The translations under genes were made by a program, and so were the position numbers. This document shows, piece after piece, positions 59,229-64,000 of a stretch of 64,000 bases of DNA. Source of the stretch: Chrysomallon squamiferum (taxonomy: Eukaryota; Animalia; Mollusca); contig CM022668.1 of the NCBI GenBank assembly GCA_012295275.1, positions 14,136,001-14,200,000 on the forward strand, written 5' to 3'. Position 1 is the stretch's first letter; every line of letters starts with the position of its first letter. The notes under the pieces were generated by a model. That model had not been told where the DNA came from. It was given only the letters and a program-made list of their open reading frames with translations, and ran no database searches.

Positions 59229-61084
59229 TTACATAGTCATCTTGCTCAGTCGTTTGAGCAATACGTCTATTAAATTTCTGAGCTGCCACGCGATCATTCT
59301 GTTAATTTCTGATACGATTATCTTTCGTTCATCTGAATTCTCTTTTGTCACATGACGTCCTTGCGTCCCCGATTTCGCATGTGACTTAGGTTTTTCAGCG
59401 TCATAAGCTGCAAAAATGGATCTTGCTTTTTCGGTGTTAAAAGTTTCTTCTGTTTAATTACGTGACGAGGATGCGACAATATTTCGTTTACTATCTTGCG
59501 TTTCTCCAGCATCAAAGTTTTCAGTCGGCACAGGACTGCACCTACTGTTATCTTCTCTGATCTGTTAGGCTTCTGATTGATCGTACATTTCCGTCGCAGT
59601 AAGGTTCTGTTTCGTTTCTTGGATGTCCGTCTCGCTTTAGTTTGATATTGCGATTTTTTGCCCTTTGATTTTTTATCTTTCTGTTTTATCTCACTTTGCC
59701 CATGTTGCACCTTTCCCTCTGGTTTTTCCTCCATTTTGTTATCTTTCTGTTCTATCTCACTTTGCCCTTGTGTCACTATTTCCTCTGTTTTGTTATCTTT
59801 CTGTTCTATCTCACTTTGCCCTTGTGTCGCTATTTCCTCTGTTTTGTTATCTTTCTGTTGCATCTCACTTTGCCCTTGTGTCGCTATTTCCTCTGTTTTG
59901 TTATCTTTCTCTAGTATCTCACTTTGCCCTTGGGTCACTATTTCCTCTGTTTTGTTATCTTCCTCTAGTATCTCACTTTGCCCTTGGGTCACTATTTCCT
60001 CTGTTTTGTTATCTTTCTCTTGTATCTCACTTTGCCCTTGGGTCACTATTTCCTCTGTTTTGTTATCTTCCTCTAGTATCTCACTTTGCCCTTGGGTCAC
60101 TATTTCCTCTGTTTTGTTATCTTTCTCTAGTATCTCACTTTGCCCTTGTATCATTATTTCCTCTGTTTTGTTATCTTTCTTTTGTATCTCACTTTGCCCT
60201 TGTGTCACTATTTCCTCTGTTTTGTTATCTTTCTGTTCTATCTCACTTTGCCCTTGTATCATTATTTCCTCTGTTTTGTTATCTTTCTTTTGTATCTGGC
60301 TTTGCCCTTGTATCATTATTTCCTCTGTTTTGTTATTTTCTTTTTGTATCTGGCTTTGCCTTTGTTTCATTATTTCCTCTGTTTTGTTATTTTTCTTTTG
60401 TATCTCACTTTGCCTTTGTGTCACTATTTCCTCTGTTTTGTTATTGCTCTCTTGCATCTCGCGTTTCACTTGTGGCATTCGTTCCTGAAGTTTCTCAGGT
60501 TTCTCCTTCATCATTTGCTGTAGTTGCCACTGTATCACTTCTAGAGTCTTCGCGTTCTGCTCTGCCACGCGTTGCTGTTTCATAACAATTTCCTTCAGTT
60601 TCTCTGATTTCTGTCCCAGCAGATGCTGCTGTTTCGATACTGTTTCCTCTGGTGTTGTAGATTTCTTCTGAAACCCGCTTTTCCCTTGTATCACAGAGTT
60701 CGATATCGACTCAGATTTCTCTGTCTTGGAAAACTGGTACTGAAGAATGAATTAGCAGAAGCAAAACATTAATAAAATTGGCTCCGATATATATATATAT
60801 ATCTTTTTTTTTATTTTTTATTTTTATTTTATTTTATTTTTTTATTTTTTTTTTTTTTTTTTTTGCTGATTGTTTACACGAAAGGATATTTTATCTAATT
60901 AAATACTATCATTTAAATTAAACATTAATTTTAATTTAAAATAAATTATCAAACTAAGTAAAGGAAAGAAAGAGAAGACAAGACAAAGAAAGTGATGGAC
61001 CAAGTATTAATTAAAATATTAATGAAAATATTTTAGCCCAAAAAACAACAACAACAATAACACCCTCTTCTTTATTTATTTATT

Positions 61085-61135
<51 letters not shown>

Positions 61136-61355
61136 TAAATTTATCTAGTATCCAAAAAATAATAACACAACAAGAACCGTTATCCGCAAACAAAAATTCT
61201 CCATTTCAAGTTTTAAAAATAATCTAAAAATGGTTATCTTTGCTAGAGAATATATAATTATTGATAATATTAACAACATTTAAATATCTTACAATTAGGA
61301 ATGCGTGTTCCAAAGTGCAAGCGAGAAAAAAGAGCAAGAAGATATTTGAAAACAT
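59229..61355 (-). CDS. Secreted 18-aa-repeat protein, paralog C (~524 aa if one missing base at about 59350-59450 is restored; as assembled it stops at 59348); exons 61355-61293, 60739-59229
   Basis: Exon 1 is MFSNIFLLFFLACTLEHAFLI|gtaaga. The acceptor ttcttcag|TAC CAG TTT is in frame with the 448-aa ORF. There are 13 near-identical repeats NKTEEIVTQGQSEIxxKD plus degenerate flanking repeats. The -1 frame near the end reads ...PKSHAKSGTQGRHVTKENSDERKIIVSEINRMIAWQLRNLIDVLLKRLSKMTM*, which aligns with the A/B C-termini. Confidence 0.85.
59735..60445. repeat. Coding 54-bp tandem repeat array, ~13 highly similar units
   Basis: The + strand unit ttcctctgttttgttatctttctgttctatctcactttgcccttgtgtcactat is repeated and encodes the 18-aa repeat on the - strand. 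Confidence 0.95.
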
Positions 61356-61420
61356 AATATAATAATTATTTATCAAAACTTCGTTATAAATGCATAGGTA
61401 ATCATCTGATTTACATATGA

Positions 61421-61428
61421 TGACGTCA
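61421..61428. promoter_or_regulatory. CRE palindrome TGACGTCA ~66 nt upstream of the paralog C ATG
   Basis: Exact CRE in the context aattttcgcgatattctagtgacgtcatca (- strand), shared with A, B and D. Confidence 0.65.
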
Positions 61429-61864
61429 CTAGAATATCGCGAAAATTAGCGGAGTTAGAATATATTATCTCTCTGACTACTTTTATTTAAAGTGATTAAA
61501 ATTAATAAATAATTATTTTTTTATTTAATAGCGTGCTTGTCACCTTTTATATTTTAAAGAAAATAGGCCGAAAATATTTTCACTTTTCTTTTCTTTAATG
61601 GAAAATAGTCTTCTTATTCTTCTTTTTATCCTGCAATCTGACCTTGTTTTCTAAGGTCAAGTTACATCAATATGGAGATCACTACCAGGTGCACCTTTTT
61701 GGGGATGATTTGAAGGGACAATGTCTATAACAACGCGTCCAATGCAATGGAAGTAAAAATGCTAATACATATTCACGACAGTAATACTTCATGAATATTC
61801 AGTTCAATAATTGCAACACATCCGGAGCCAATCTGAAGTTTCACTTCGTGATCCGTCATTATGA

Positions 61865-63595
61865 ATCGTGGAGAAAACTAATTTTCTGTTGGTCAGAATC
61901 TTCCAGTTTTCTTTCAGTCGATATTATGGATATGTCTACGATATAGAAGACGCTAACGATCTCCTCCATGAGTTTTGTTATGCCATAGCAACTTCGTATT
62001 CAGCCATTAGATCGACGAAGAATTTCGGAAACTTCTCCGAATGATCAAGGTCTATGAAAGTATTGACTTCATTTTGTTCACTGGATTTGAAAGTAATTAA
62101 ATAATTAAAAATGTTAAATTTAAAAAAGAAAGAAACGAAAATGGTGTTACACATGAATGTATATATGTGTGTGTGTGTGATAAGAGCACTAACTCAGGAA
62201 CGTAACTCACTTGTCAGATAAACTAACGAGTTAATTTTTTAATCAAATGAACAATATTTGAATATAAGAGATCATAAAAATGTTAATATATTTGTCAGAT
62301 GAGGAGAACCTGGAAAAAAAAAAAGAAGATTTTAATGATTATAACCACATCAAGCATGGTTCACCAATCTGTTTTATTAATTTTTATTTTACAGATGTAT
62401 CAACCTACTATATGTTGTAAAAGAAATGGGGCTGGGCATTTAGAGCTGATTGGCTGTTTTGAAGTATGTATGTGGCACCATTCTGTCTCAAATCCATTAC
62501 AGGGCTCATTCCTTGACCAGTAGAAGATTATTTGGAAGATGCTTACAGGAGGTAACATCTTAGAAACAGGGATGAGACAAGCAATTAAATTACAAACTCT
62601 ATTAAATATGATCTGCATTCAGTTTTAACAAGTAATACTTGTTTACAAAATTACACAACGTTATCCAAATCTTCAGTGTTTAGACTCTATAGAAAATTTG
62701 GCAAAAAGAAATAACATCATTTAAAATTATAAATAATACATTTTTGTTTGATGTGTTTATTTTGAGAATTGTTGTGACTGAATGCATGTGGCTGAAGAAC
62801 ATTACCATTTCTGACTTCTAAAGAAAAGAACTTTTGTTAACCTAGCTTAGTCTGCTTTTAGGATGTTTCTAAGTTTTAATCTACAACATCCCATGAATTT
62901 GTTTTATGGAGTATCTAGATTATATTGTCACAATAATTATTTGCTGTTTAAACACAGCTTCCAGTGTACTGACAGTTGACTATTCTCTCTTTTAAGCTAC
63001 TTGGAAGCAAACATCAACTTGTCTTGAGGTTGGAGGAGGGCTGATAGTGATGTCCCTGAAACATTACATCAATGTACACAGAACATGTTAAAACACATCT
63101 GATAGGTAACCTTGAAAGCAGCAAACTTTACAATGACAGTGACACATACACTGTTCTTTCCTCTTTTTGTGACACCTATAAAGTTTCACCAATCTCAAAT
63201 GAGGACAAGACTGTTCCAGTGTAAGGAATTTAGAAGGAGTCATTTTTATCAGCAAGCATTGTGTAGCAGTGTTCACTCATTTTGACCTCAGCTGGAACAT
63301 TGAAGCAGTCATCACTGCCGAAATATTATTAATAATTATATATTCCCTAGCAAAGATAACCAGTTTTTTAGATCATTTTTAAAACTTAAAGTGGAGCATG
63401 TAGACATACCTGTTTATTTAACTGTGACTGTGGATCCTGGTAGCCATCCAGCAGATTAGAAAGTGTTGCAAATAGAATGGATGAGTTGCTGCAAGGTATT
63501 CACATATTGTCTTATCTCTACAATACAAAGCATGTCTTTATCAATGCCAGGTTTAGGTTTGGTGAGATTGGCAGGGATATCACTAAGTTCTGATA
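61865..63595 (+). pseudogene. Decayed Mutator-like (MULE) / CaRF-like SWIM-zinc-finger gene fossil
   Basis: Frame fragments broken by stops and shifts: RYYGYVYDIEDANDLLHEFCYAIATSYSAIRSTKNFGNF (~61919-62036, CaRF-type N-terminal region); YLEANINLS*GWRRADSDVPETLHQCTQNMLKH (~62998-63096, pre-SWIM segment); QCKEFRRSHF / SKHCVAVFTHFDLSW (~63217-63295, decayed CxC...CxH SWIM finger); RMDELLQGIHILSYL (~63475-63520). The family assignment comes from remembered motifs, not from a search. Confidence 0.55.
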
Positions 63596-64000
63596 GTAGT
63601 GCAGTACTGAAAAAGGAGCCAGCTGTTCCTGTTAAATCTATTCAAAGAAACCTTTAGGGAAATTTGTGTGCATAATTTCTACATTACAATATTTATCCGC
63701 TTGTCTAATATTTTTGAATTTATTATCTGTATTAATGTCCTATTTTTCAGCATTTCACAAGTGGCCTTTACTCATGGAACCCATATAGATTAGGTGAAAA
63801 AAAAATACAGTATCAAAAGTCCTCAAAATTTTCAAAAACTAATAAAAGCAAATAAACACTAAAATAGTATTGGGTTAACAATAATTTTATTATCTTCATT
63901 GATTCATTATTATTGAAAATCAAAGAAAAGTCTGGAAAAGTTAAGGGAAGCAAGAACAAATTAGACTTAAAATCTAATTTTAATGTTTTACTTTATTTTA

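Noticed and set aside
59735-60445. Regular repeat array superficially like CRISPR
   Set aside because: The units are contiguous with no unique spacers, the array is protein-coding, the context is eukaryotic, and there are no cas genes.
59658-60585. Long + strand ORFs (276 and 306 aa) with Cys/hydrophobic repeats; similar ones at 54746-55001 and 56896-57742
   Set aside because: They are antisense shadows of the stop-free 54-bp coding repeat. The - strand has the signal exon, splice sites, promoter and polyA signal.

Overview
This is AT-rich eukaryotic (animal) genomic DNA saturated with microsatellites ((AAT)n, (GA)n, (CA)n, (TATG)n). The repeat landscape resembles a mollusc, probably a coleoid cephalopod; that is inference, not proven. 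Most ORFs in the supplied track are microsatellite artefacts. Reading splice sites by hand gives seven spliced genes: (1) a single-pass membrane protein (- strand, 12363-10100); (2) a 5-exon secreted, probably GPI-anchored protein with two tandem 6-Cys modules of neuritin-like spacing (+, 17855-23317); (3) an 11-12-exon coiled-coil/CAP-Gly protein (-, 46253 to about 34108); and (4-7) a cluster of four secreted-protein genes (47022-61355). The four cluster genes share a homologous 21-codon signal-peptide exon and a homologous CRE-containing promoter. Three encode Gln/Glu-rich 18-residue-repeat helical proteins, and one encodes a ~1150-aa Lys-rich protein with a recurring amphipathic motif. This cluster is the best candidate for an undescribed system. 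Four of the seven genes carry a single-base frame break, most parsimoniously assembly indels, although one sits on a CTT-TGA +1 shift-type site. The window also holds a Tigger4/Zombi-like transposon end, two long inverted repeats, and a decayed MULE/CaRF-SWIM fossil at the right end.
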